A stretch of 49,082 bases of DNA from Phenylobacterium sp. (GTDB lineage Bacteria; Pseudomonadota; Alphaproteobacteria; Caulobacterales; Caulobacteraceae): contig DASXKT010000285.1 in assembly GCA_036496685.1 (NCBI GenBank), positions 1 to 49,082 of the forward strand. The letters are read 5' to 3'. Position 1 is the first letter of the stretch. The number at the start of each line of letters is the position of its first letter. The notes beneath the pieces are model-generated. The model was not told the DNA's origin. It saw nothing but the letters and a program-made list of their open reading frames with translations, and did not search any database. A program made the position numbers and the translations under genes. Shown here piece by piece: positions 28,779 to 36,678 of the stretch.

Positions 28779-29537
28779 CTACCTCACCAGCACCGAATGT
28801 CCCGTGACGCCGCCGCGGGGCACCAGGAGGTCCGCCCAACGCCAGTCGTCGGACCCCACGGCGAGCCTGACGGAGCCGGCGCCTTCGGTGGGGGAGATCA
28901 GGATCAGGCCGTGCATGGGCTGGTGGCGACAGGCGGCGGGCGCGGAAAGGATCTCCATCATCACCGCCTCGCGGATGACCGCCAGGCCCTCGCCGTCTTC
29001 GCCGGCGCTACGGACCCACTCGCCGTTCCAGAGCATGAGGTTGCGGCTGCCGGAGCCCGGGCCAAGCGAGCCGTTGACCAGGGCGGCCTGGACGCGGGGG
29101 TCCTTCCGGAGCCCCGCCTGCAGCCAGCGGGCGACGTCGCAGACGCCACCGCCGCCCGAGCCCGAGCCGGCCGACGCCGCGCCGGCCAGCTGGGCGGCGG
29201 TGAGTTCGACGCCCGTCGTCGCCTTGGGGTCGGGCTTGGCCGGGAGCGGTTCGACCTCCGGCGGAACCGGCTGCGGCGGCGGCTTGTGGAGCTTGGGTGG
29301 CGGCTTTTCGGGAGAGGGCGGCGCCGGCGACGGGGGCTCAGGCGCTTTCGGCGGGGTCGGCGGCGGCAGCTTGACCAGCGCCACGGGAATGGGCGCGGGC
29401 TCCGGCGGAGGCGCCCGTAGCGGTTCCGACCGCACCGAGAGCAAGGCCAGCAGGATCAGCGCGTGGACCGCGACGCTGAACGTCACAGTCATCAGCCGAT
29501 CCAATCGTCGTGTCCGCGGTCGCCCGCTCATGAGCAT
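28779..29537 (-). CDS. Proline-rich single-pass membrane protein (TonB/TolA-like architecture)
   Basis: TM helix with SVAVH motif, long Pro/Lys/Glu linker, Gly spacer and a small C-terminal domain with two Cys; start 29537 or 29531. Confidence 0.72.
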   Translation of the reverse strand: MLMSGRPRTRRLDRLMTVTFSVAVHALILLALLSVRSEPLRAPPPEPAPIPVALVKLPPPTPPKAPEPPSPAPPSPEKPPPKLHKPPPQPVPPEVEPLPAKPDPKATTGVELTAAQLAGAASAGSGSGGGGVCDVARWLQAGLRKDPRVQAALVNGSLGPGSGSRNLMLWNGEWVRSAGEDGEGLAVIREAVMMEILSAPAACRHQPMHGLILISPTEGAGSVRLAVGSDDWRWADLLVPRGGVTGHSVLVR

Positions 29538-29791
29538 CCCAAACGCTGACCTCGTGCCCTTGCTCCGCCCCAATCTCAAGTGCGCCCGAGGCAGGATCGT
29601 GGCGCCCCGGATCGAAGCGAAACCACTCGGCCCCGAGAATCGTTTCCAGTCGAAGCTCGCTGGATTCGCCTTTCAGCGTGCGGAAGCCCGTCGTCGTTCC
29701 GCCACAGTTCAAGGCTGAACAAGGCGGGGGGAGCGTTGAGTCTCATTTTGGGGCGCCGGGGGTTCGGCCATTGGCGACGGAGAGGAACGAG

Positions 29792-30400
29792 ATGCAGATA
29801 ACGACACGGAAGTTGGTGGGGGTGCGGACAATTGGGTTGAGCGCCGCGGCGCTGGTCGGCGCCTTGTCGCTCGGCGGCTGTGCCACCGAGAAGTACGTCA
29901 ACGAGCATGTGGCGACGGTCGATACGCGCGTGTCTGCGGTCGATTCGCACCTGACCGACGTCGACACCCGGCTGGGAGCCACCGATAAGTCCGCCCAGGA
30001 TGCGCTCCAGCGCGCCACGGCGGCCGGCAAGCTGGCGGAAGGCAAGTTCGACTTCGCCGTCGTGATGTCGGACGACTCGGTGAAATTCCCGGTCAACGCC
30101 CATGAGCTGTCGCCGGAAGCCCAGGCTCGCCTGGCGGAGCTGGCCACGCGTCTGAAGAACGATAACAAGAACGTCTATCTGGAGATCCAGGGCCACACCG
30201 ATTCCAAGGGATCGCCGGCCTATAACGAGACGCTCGGCCAACAACGGGCCGAGGCGGCTCGCCTGTTCCTGAACAAGCAGGGCGTCGCGCTGAACCGTAT
30301 CGCCACGATCTCCTACGGTCAGAACGACCCGGTCGCGCCCAACAACACCCGCGACGGCCGCGCCCAGAACCGGCGCGTCGTGATCATTGTAATGTCATAG
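29792..30400 (+). CDS. OmpA-family peptidoglycan-binding lipoprotein
   Basis: GAGGA RBS; lipobox LGGC; coiled coil; IQGHTD..G...YN..LG..RA, SYG...P...N and GRAQNRRV. Confidence 0.93.
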   Translation: MQITTRKLVGVRTIGLSAAALVGALSLGGCATEKYVNEHVATVDTRVSAVDSHLTDVDTRLGATDKSAQDALQRATAAGKLAEGKFDFAVVMSDDSVKFPVNAHELSPEAQARLAELATRLKNDNKNVYLEIQGHTDSKGSPAYNETLGQQRAEAARLFLNKQGVALNRIATISYGQNDPVAPNNTRDGRAQNRRVVIIVMS

Positions 30401-30409
30401 CGTTCGGGC

Positions 30410-30460
30410 CGATCTGCCGGAGTCGCCGCCGCGTATTCGGGGGGTGAGTCCGGCGGGTCG
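30410..30460 (+). repeat. Long imperfect inverted repeat (hairpin) downstream of the OmpA gene, one GANTC site per arm
   Basis: CGATCTGCCGGAgTCGCCgCCG-cgtatt-CGGggGGTGAgTCCGGCGGGTCG; 20 paired positions including 3 G-U. Confidence 0.65.
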
Positions 30461-30517
30461 CACCGCATATTGAGAACAAGCCTTGCCGGGCAGGCTGGCC
30501 GCCCGCATGAGAGCCCT

Positions 30518-31252
30518 ATGCGCAAGTTCGTACTGGCCGCAGGGCTTTTCATCGCCTGCGTCGCCGCAGCGGCCCACGGCCAGGGCTACTCTCCCGCCGC
30601 CCAGCGCGTGCTCGCCCAGGCGCGGACGGCATCTGGTGGGGCCGGCTGGAGCTATCTGCGCGGCTGGCACGAGACCGGCCGCCAGGGTGGCGCTCCCTAC
30701 GAGAGCTGGTTCGACACCCTGCGCTACGGCATGCGCATCGAGACCCATGAGGCGGGCGGCCTGCATGTGCGCGGCTTCAACGGCCAGGGCGAGTGGCAGA
30801 TCCTGCTCGGCGGCGCCACGACCGGCGGTGACGAACGGGTGGCGGTGGCACGAGCCCGGACCGACGCGTTCCTCGGCGCCTATGGCTTTTTCTATCCCGG
30901 CCGCTTCGATGCGCGGGGCGAGTATGTCGGGGTGCGCAAGCGCGACGGCCGGGCGTTCAACGTCGTCAACGTCAAGCCCTGGGGTGGGGAGCCGCGCGAA
31001 CTCTGGTTCGACAGCCGCAGCCACCTCCTGGGCTTCATCGTGGATCGCGCCAGCCCCCGACCGTCGACGGTGCAGCTTTCGGACTACCGCCGGGTGGGGC
31101 CGTTGCAGGTCCCGTTCCGCTTCACGGCGGTGGGCGACCCGCCGGGAGCCTCCGACACACGGCAAGTGGAGAGCGTGGTCTTCACGCCGGCCGACCGCAA
31201 CATGTTCAGCCTACCGCGTTCGAGCGGGCCACAGCCCGTGGCCGAGCCCTAG
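30518..31252 (+). CDS. Exported hypothetical protein
   Basis: Signal peptide MRKFVLAAG...AAAHG; AR.ASGG..W, ELWFD...HLL and SDYR.VG...VPF beta-rich motifs. Confidence 0.78.
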   Translation: MRKFVLAAGLFIACVAAAAHGQGYSPAAQRVLAQARTASGGAGWSYLRGWHETGRQGGAPYESWFDTLRYGMRIETHEAGGLHVRGFNGQGEWQILLGGATTGGDERVAVARARTDAFLGAYGFFYPGRFDARGEYVGVRKRDGRAFNVVNVKPWGGEPRELWFDSRSHLLGFIVDRASPRPSTVQLSDYRRVGPLQVPFRFTAVGDPPGASDTRQVESVVFTPADRNMFSLPRSSGPQPVAEP

Positions 31253-32718
31253 AAGCCGTCGAAGAGGGTCGGCGCGTCCTCGCGCTGCGGGGTCTGGGCC
31301 CGCATGACGCAGATGAAGCCGGTCGGGGCGTAGCTCATCGCCGCCGAGCCGCGGAGCTCGCCGCGCAGCCCCTGCTCGATCAGCCGCGATCCGAACCCGC
31401 GGTGGGTCGGGTGGGTCACGGGCGGCCCGCCGGTCTCGGCCCAGATGAGATCGAGCCGATCGGTGGCCTCGTCGAACCGCCACGAGAGGTCCACACGCCC
31501 GCTGGGGATCGAGAGCGCACCGTACTTCACCGCGTTGGTCGCCAGCTCGTGGAACACCAGGGCCATGGTGAGCGCCGCGCCGGGCTGAAGCCGGACCGCG
31601 GGGCCTTTGAACGAGACCTGACCGGACGCCGCATCGACGAAGGGGTGCAGCGCGCGCTCGGCCACCTCCTGCAGGGCCGCGCCGTGCCAGCGCTCACGGG
31701 TCAGCACGTCGTGCACCTCCGACAGGCCGAGCAGGCGCGCCTCGAACTTCTCGTAGGCTGCGCTCGGATTGTGCTCGGTTCGCAGGGTTTGGGCGGCCAT
31801 CGACTGGACCGTGGCCAGCGTGTTCTTCACCCGATGGTTCAGTTCGTTGATCATCAGGCGCAGCTGGTTCTGGTAGCGCTGCTGCCCAGCTTCCGCCTCT
31901 TTGCGGGCTTCGATGTCCTCGATGGTCGAGACGAAATAGTCGGGCTCGCCCGCATGGTCGCGGACGAGCGAGGCCGTCAGGTTGACCCACACCAGATCAC
32001 CGGACTTGGTCCGCGACCGCGTCTCCATCGCGTATTGGTCGATGGCGCCGCCCAGCAAGGCCTCGGTCTGGACGAGATTTGCCGGAAGGTCGTCGGGGTG
32101 GATGATCTGGCGCGCGGTGAGGGTGTCGAGGTCATCGCGACCATAGCCCGTGATCGCGCAGAAGCGCTCGTTCACCTCGAGGAAGCGACCGTCCGGCGCT
32201 ACCCGGGCCACCCCCATCGCGGCCTGGTCGAAGACCGCGCGGTAGCGGGCCTCCGCCACCTCCAGCCGCATCCTCGCCTCGACGGCAGGCGTCACGAACT
32301 CGGTGTAGAGGACCAGGCCGCCGATCTCGCCGCCATCGTCGGTGCGCCACGGCCTGAGCGACCAGCGCACCCAGTCCATGCGTCCGTCGTGGATGAAGGG
32401 ATCGGCCTCGTGGCTGAGTTCGACCCCGTCCCGCAGCGCCAGCGTATGCAGGTCGCGCCAGCGCTGGGGAACCTCTGGGAACAGGTCGTAGTGCAGCCGC
32501 CCGACCAGCGGCGTGTCGCCCGGCAGGCCCTGCTCGGTCAGGAACTGGCTCGAGGCGGCCAGATAGCGCATCTCCCTGTCGAAGATCGCGATCCCCAAGG
32601 GCGCCTGTTTCAGCGCGGTCAGAACACCAGATAGCGCAGAGATCTGCAGCGCCGCCTCAGCTTCGCTGGCCACGCCCTGGGTCTGACGTTCTTTCACAAC
32701 ATCCGAGCACACGGTCAC
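31249..32718 (-). CDS. PAS-PAS HWE-family histidine kinase
   Basis: Two PAS domains; ELNHRVKNTLA.VQ, HELATNAVKYGALS and W.E.GGP.V..P...GFGS. Confidence 0.93.
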   Translation of the reverse strand: MTVCSDVVKERQTQGVASEAEAALQISALSGVLTALKQAPLGIAIFDREMRYLAASSQFLTEQGLPGDTPLVGRLHYDLFPEVPQRWRDLHTLALRDGVELSHEADPFIHDGRMDWVRWSLRPWRTDDGGEIGGLVLYTEFVTPAVEARMRLEVAEARYRAVFDQAAMGVARVAPDGRFLEVNERFCAITGYGRDDLDTLTARQIIHPDDLPANLVQTEALLGGAIDQYAMETRSRTKSGDLVWVNLTASLVRDHAGEPDYFVSTIEDIEARKEAEAGQQRYQNQLRLMINELNHRVKNTLATVQSMAAQTLRTEHNPSAAYEKFEARLLGLSEVHDVLTRERWHGAALQEVAERALHPFVDAASGQVSFKGPAVRLQPGAALTMALVFHELATNAVKYGALSIPSGRVDLSWRFDEATDRLDLIWAETGGPPVTHPTHRGFGSRLIEQGLRGELRGSAAMSYAPTGFICVMRAQTPQREDAPTLFDGF

Positions 32719-32907
32719 GGCCCTGTTGCGCCGCCGACGATCATCTGGATGGCGCGATGGTGGCGGGTCAAGCGCCCGCGGGGAGAGTGCCCCTAATTTA
32801 ATTACGCCGTTATCTCAAGCTTCACCATGCTCGCCGCCCGCGGCCTGACGCCCGAGCGACCTTGGCCCTTGGGCCTCGGCCTCCGACCCGCTAGGTTCGC
32901 CGCACAC

Positions 32908-33936
32908 ATGAGCGTGCTGCACCTCCTGGGAACGGCCGGCGACGGCGGGGCGGAGACCTACTTCGTCGACCTGCTGGCGGCGTTGCAGCGCGCCGGCGTG
33001 CGCGAGGCCGCGGCCATCCGCCATCATCCCGGCCGCGAGGCGGCGCTGAAGGCTGCCGGCATTCCGGTGAAGGTGCTGGGCTTCGGCGGCCCGCTCGACG
33101 TCCTGACCAAGACGGCGGCGGCGGGCTATGCGCGCCTGCAGGGGACGAAACTGGCGCTGGCCTGGATGAACCGGGCGGCGCGGCACGCGCCCAAGGGCCC
33201 GTGGGCGCGGATCGGCCGGCTCGGCGGCTACTACAACCTCAAATACTATCAAGGGTTCGAGGAGCTGGTCGCCAACACCGAGGATATCGCCGAGTGGATC
33301 GTGCGGCAGGGATGGCCGGCCGGTCGCGTGCGCTGCATCCCGAACTTCGCCGCGGCCCCGCCGGACGGCGGGCCGCTCGACCGCGCGAGCTTGGAGACGC
33401 CCGCCTCCGCGCCACTCCTTCTGGCCATGGGCCGACTGCACGAGTCCAAGGCCCACGACATCAGCCTGCAGGCCCTGGCCGAACTCCCCGACGCCTACCT
33501 GTGGATCGCAGGCGTGGGGCCAATGGAGACCAAGCTCAAGGCGATGGCTGGGGCGCTGGGCGTTGCGAACCGGGTGCGATTCCTCGGATGGCGGACCGAC
33601 CCCTCGGCGCTCTATCGGGCAGCTGATGTCTGCGTCTTCCCCTCGCGCTACGAACCCCTGGGCAATGTGGTGATCCAGGCGTGGGCGCACGGCCTGCCGG
33701 TCGTCGCAGCGGCGAGCCAGGGCCCCAGCGCACTTATCGAGGACGGCCGCGACGGCCTCCTGGTGCCTATCGACGACGCCGGGGCGCTGGCCGAAGGCGT
33801 GCGCAGCCTGCTGGCCGAGCCGAAACTCGCCGCGGGATTCAAGGCGCGCGGCGTCGGCAGGGTGGCCGCCGAGTTCTCCGAGGCCGCCGTGGTCGCCCAG
33901 TGGACGACCCTTTTCTCGGACTATGGGGCTATCTGA
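32908..33936 (+). CDS. Glycosyltransferase family 4
   Basis: GGAE, MGRL...K, FLGWR, PSRYEPLGNV.IQAW..GLPVV and DG.DGLLVP. Confidence 0.9.
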   Translation: MSVLHLLGTAGDGGAETYFVDLLAALQRAGVREAAAIRHHPGREAALKAAGIPVKVLGFGGPLDVLTKTAAAGYARLQGTKLALAWMNRAARHAPKGPWARIGRLGGYYNLKYYQGFEELVANTEDIAEWIVRQGWPAGRVRCIPNFAAAPPDGGPLDRASLETPASAPLLLAMGRLHESKAHDISLQALAELPDAYLWIAGVGPMETKLKAMAGALGVANRVRFLGWRTDPSALYRAADVCVFPSRYEPLGNVVIQAWAHGLPVVAAASQGPSALIEDGRDGLLVPIDDAGALAEGVRSLLAEPKLAAGFKARGVGRVAAEFSEAAVVAQWTTLFSDYGAI

Positions 33937-35672
33937 TGTGCGGCATCGCCGGCCAGCTGGGGGGGCGTGACGCCCGCGCGCCCGAGATGATCGCAGCCCT
34001 GACCCATCGCGGGCCGGACGGTATCCGTGTCGAGGAGATGGCCGGCGCGGCCCTGGCGCATGCCCGGCTCTCGATCATCGACCTGGAGGGAGGCTGGCAA
34101 CCGCTGCACGCCGCAGGCTCCACCGTCATCGGCAACGGGGAGATCTACAACTACGTCGAGCTCGCGCGTGAACACGGCCTGGAGGGCCAACTCGCCACGG
34201 GGTCGGACTTCGAGCCGTTCCTGCACCTCTATGCGCGCGAAGGGGAGAAGGCGTTCGAGCGCCTGAGGGGAATGTACGCCCTATGCCTGATCGGAGCCGA
34301 CGGCAGGTCCTGGCTGGCGCGCGACCCGTTCGGGATCAAGCCGCTCTACATCATGGAGCACGCCGAGGGCCTGGCCTTCGCCTCCGAGCCCCGGGCCTTC
34401 TTCAAGGCGGGTCTGATGCAGAAGGCCCTCAGCGAGGAGGCGGCCCGCGAGCTTCTGGCCTTCAACTACACCCTGGGCTCCCGGACGATGTTCCACGGCC
34501 TGAGGCGGCTTGCGCCGGGCGAGGTGGTCGAGGTCCGCGACGGCCGGATCGTGTCGAACTGGCGCCAGCCGTGGCGCTCGCGCCTCCCCAGCGCATCAAA
34601 CGCCCCCTCCGCCCCTTCCCCCTCCCCCGACCTCTTCGGTTCAGGGGAGGAACAGGAGCTGCTCGCCCAGCTCGACGCCGTGCTGGAAGACAGCGTGCGA
34701 GTGCACCAGCGCTCCGACGTGCCCTATGGCCTGTTCCTGTCGGGGGGCATCGACTCGGCGTCGATCGCAACCCTGATGGCGCGACTGAATGAGCGGCCGG
34801 TGACGGCCTTCACCTGCGGGTTCGAGGCTCCAGGCGCCAAGGACGAGCGGGCGCAGGCGGAGCGGGTGGCGCGGGCGCTCAACCTCGACTGGCGGGAGAC
34901 CCACTTCGGCGAGGCTGATTTCTGGCGGATCTTGCCGGAGGTGGCCTGGGCGATGGATGACCCGACCGCCGACTACGCAACCTTGCCGACCTACAAACTC
35001 GCCGAGGCCGCCAAGGGGACCCTGACCGTCGTCCTGACCGGAGAAGGCGGCGACGAGCTCTTCGGCGGCTACGGCCGCTACCGCCGGGCGCTGAGGCCCG
35101 CGTGGATGGGTGGGCGACCGGCCGAGCCGCGGGGCGGCGACGCGGCGGCGCTTGAGCGCTGGCGAGCCGAGGCGGTCTCGCCCAAGGGCCTGACGCCGCT
35201 GCAGCAGGCGCAGTGGGCGGACATCGCGACCTGGCTGCCCAACGACCTGCTCCTGAAGCTCGATCGCTGCCTCATGGCCCACGGCCTGGAGGGCCGCACG
35301 CCGTTCCTGGATCGTGAGGTCGCCGCGTTAGCCTTCCCCCTGCCCGATCGGTTCAAGGTACGCGGGCGCTACGGCAAGTGGCTGCTGCGCAAGTGGCTGG
35401 AGCGGACATGCCCCGCCGCCGAGCCGTGGGCCCGCAAGCAGGGCTTCACCGTCCCCGTTGAGGCGTGGATTGCGCCGCGGGCCGCCGACATCGCCGCCCG
35501 CATCAGCGGCATCGAGGCGGTGCGGCGGGCCCGGCCGGACGCTGCGGCGGCCTTCACGGCCGGCAGCGGCGGCATACGCTGGCCGCTGCTCTTCCTCGCC
35601 GTCTGGGCGCGCGTCCACCTCGAGGGCGCCGCGCCGGCTGAGGCCCTGGAGAGCGTGGTGGGCGCTGTCTAG
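33936..35672 (+). CDS. asnB: Asparagine synthase-like glutamine amidotransferase
   Basis: MCGIAG, HRGPD, NGEIYNY, RDPFGIKPLY, FLSGGIDS, LTGEGGDELFGGY and LE.R.PFLD; TGATG coupling to GT4. Confidence 0.92.
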   Translation: MCGIAGQLGGRDARAPEMIAALTHRGPDGIRVEEMAGAALAHARLSIIDLEGGWQPLHAAGSTVIGNGEIYNYVELAREHGLEGQLATGSDFEPFLHLYAREGEKAFERLRGMYALCLIGADGRSWLARDPFGIKPLYIMEHAEGLAFASEPRAFFKAGLMQKALSEEAARELLAFNYTLGSRTMFHGLRRLAPGEVVEVRDGRIVSNWRQPWRSRLPSASNAPSAPSPSPDLFGSGEEQELLAQLDAVLEDSVRVHQRSDVPYGLFLSGGIDSASIATLMARLNERPVTAFTCGFEAPGAKDERAQAERVARALNLDWRETHFGEADFWRILPEVAWAMDDPTADYATLPTYKLAEAAKGTLTVVLTGEGGDELFGGYGRYRRALRPAWMGGRPAEPRGGDAAALERWRAEAVSPKGLTPLQQAQWADIATWLPNDLLLKLDRCLMAHGLEGRTPFLDREVAALAFPLPDRFKVRGRYGKWLLRKWLERTCPAAEPWARKQGFTVPVEAWIAPRAADIAARISGIEAVRRARPDAAAAFTAGSGGIRWPLLFLAVWARVHLEGAAPAEALESVVGAV

Positions 35673-36613
35673 GCGGGAACCTGGCCGTACTTCGTGGCGA
35701 TCTCGGCCACGGTGGCTTGGAACTCCTCGATGGTCTCGCGGATGATCTGAGCCACGGGCTTTACCTCGTCGATGCGGCCGGCGACCTGGCCGGAGAGCGC
35801 GATGGAGGCCTCCATGTCTCCCCCGAAGTAGAGAGCGAGCGCATTGCCGAACTCGCCCATGATGTTCTCGGGTGGGGCCTTCTCGAACTCAGTGGTCTTG
35901 GCGGTGCGTAGCGCGCGGAGCGCCGGGCCGGGACCGAAGCGGTTCAGGAATACCGTGTCGGTCTCCTTCGCGCCGATGATCATGTCCTTCCAGTTCTGGT
36001 GCACCGGGCTCTCGGCGGAGGAGACCATGCGGGTGCCCATCTGCACGCCCTCGGCGCCCAGCGCGAAGGCCGCGGCCATGGTGCGTCCGTCGGTGATGCC
36101 GCCCGCGGCGATGACCGGCACGCTGACCTTGGAGCAGACCAGCGGCAGCAGGACCATGGTGGCGACCTCGCGGCTGTTCTTGAACCCGCCGCCCTCCCCG
36201 CCCTCGACGACCAGGCCGTCGACGCCGGCCTCGATCGCCTTCATCGCCGCCGCCAGTGAAGGGACCACGTGGAAGACCGTGAGGCCCTTGGATTTCAGCG
36301 CCTCGCAGTACTTGTTGGGGTCGCCAGCCGAGGTGGTGACGAACTTCACCCCCTGGTCCGCGACGAACTGGACGATGTCCGGGTCGCGCACGAAGGCCTG
36401 CGCGACATTGATGCCCCAGGGCTTGTCGGTGAGGCCGCGCATCTTCTTGACCTCCTCCCGCACCTCGTCGAGGCGGCCGGAGGAGGTTTCGATGATCCCG
36501 AGACCGCCGGCGTTCGAAACCGCCGAGGCCAGCTGGGCGCGGGCAATCCAGCCCATCGGCGCCTGCACTATCGGATATTTGACGCCCAGCAGGTCGGTGA
36601 TGCGGTTCTTCAT
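35669..36613 (-). CDS. Nitronate monooxygenase / FabK-like flavin oxidoreductase
   Basis: YPIVQAPM, AVSNAGGLG, EG.EGGG, PVIAAGGI.DG and GAEGVQMGTR. Confidence 0.9.
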   Translation of the reverse strand: MKNRITDLLGVKYPIVQAPMGWIARAQLASAVSNAGGLGIIETSSGRLDEVREEVKKMRGLTDKPWGINVAQAFVRDPDIVQFVADQGVKFVTTSAGDPNKYCEALKSKGLTVFHVVPSLAAAMKAIEAGVDGLVVEGGEGGGFKNSREVATMVLLPLVCSKVSVPVIAAGGITDGRTMAAAFALGAEGVQMGTRMVSSAESPVHQNWKDMIIGAKETDTVFLNRFGPGPALRALRTAKTTEFEKAPPENIMGEFGNALALYFGGDMEASIALSGQVAGRIDEVKPVAQIIRETIEEFQATVAEIATKYGQVPA

Positions 36614-36678
36614 GAGGTCTCTCCCTTGGGCACAGCATGCAGCCATGACGCGCGGGAACTCAAACCCCTCGGCGTCGC

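Noticed and set aside
29150-29420. Repetitive CCG/GGC-rich DNA as a repeat array or CRISPR
   Set aside because: Explained by Pro/Gly-rich coding sequence; no repeat-spacer periodicity seen anywhere in the window
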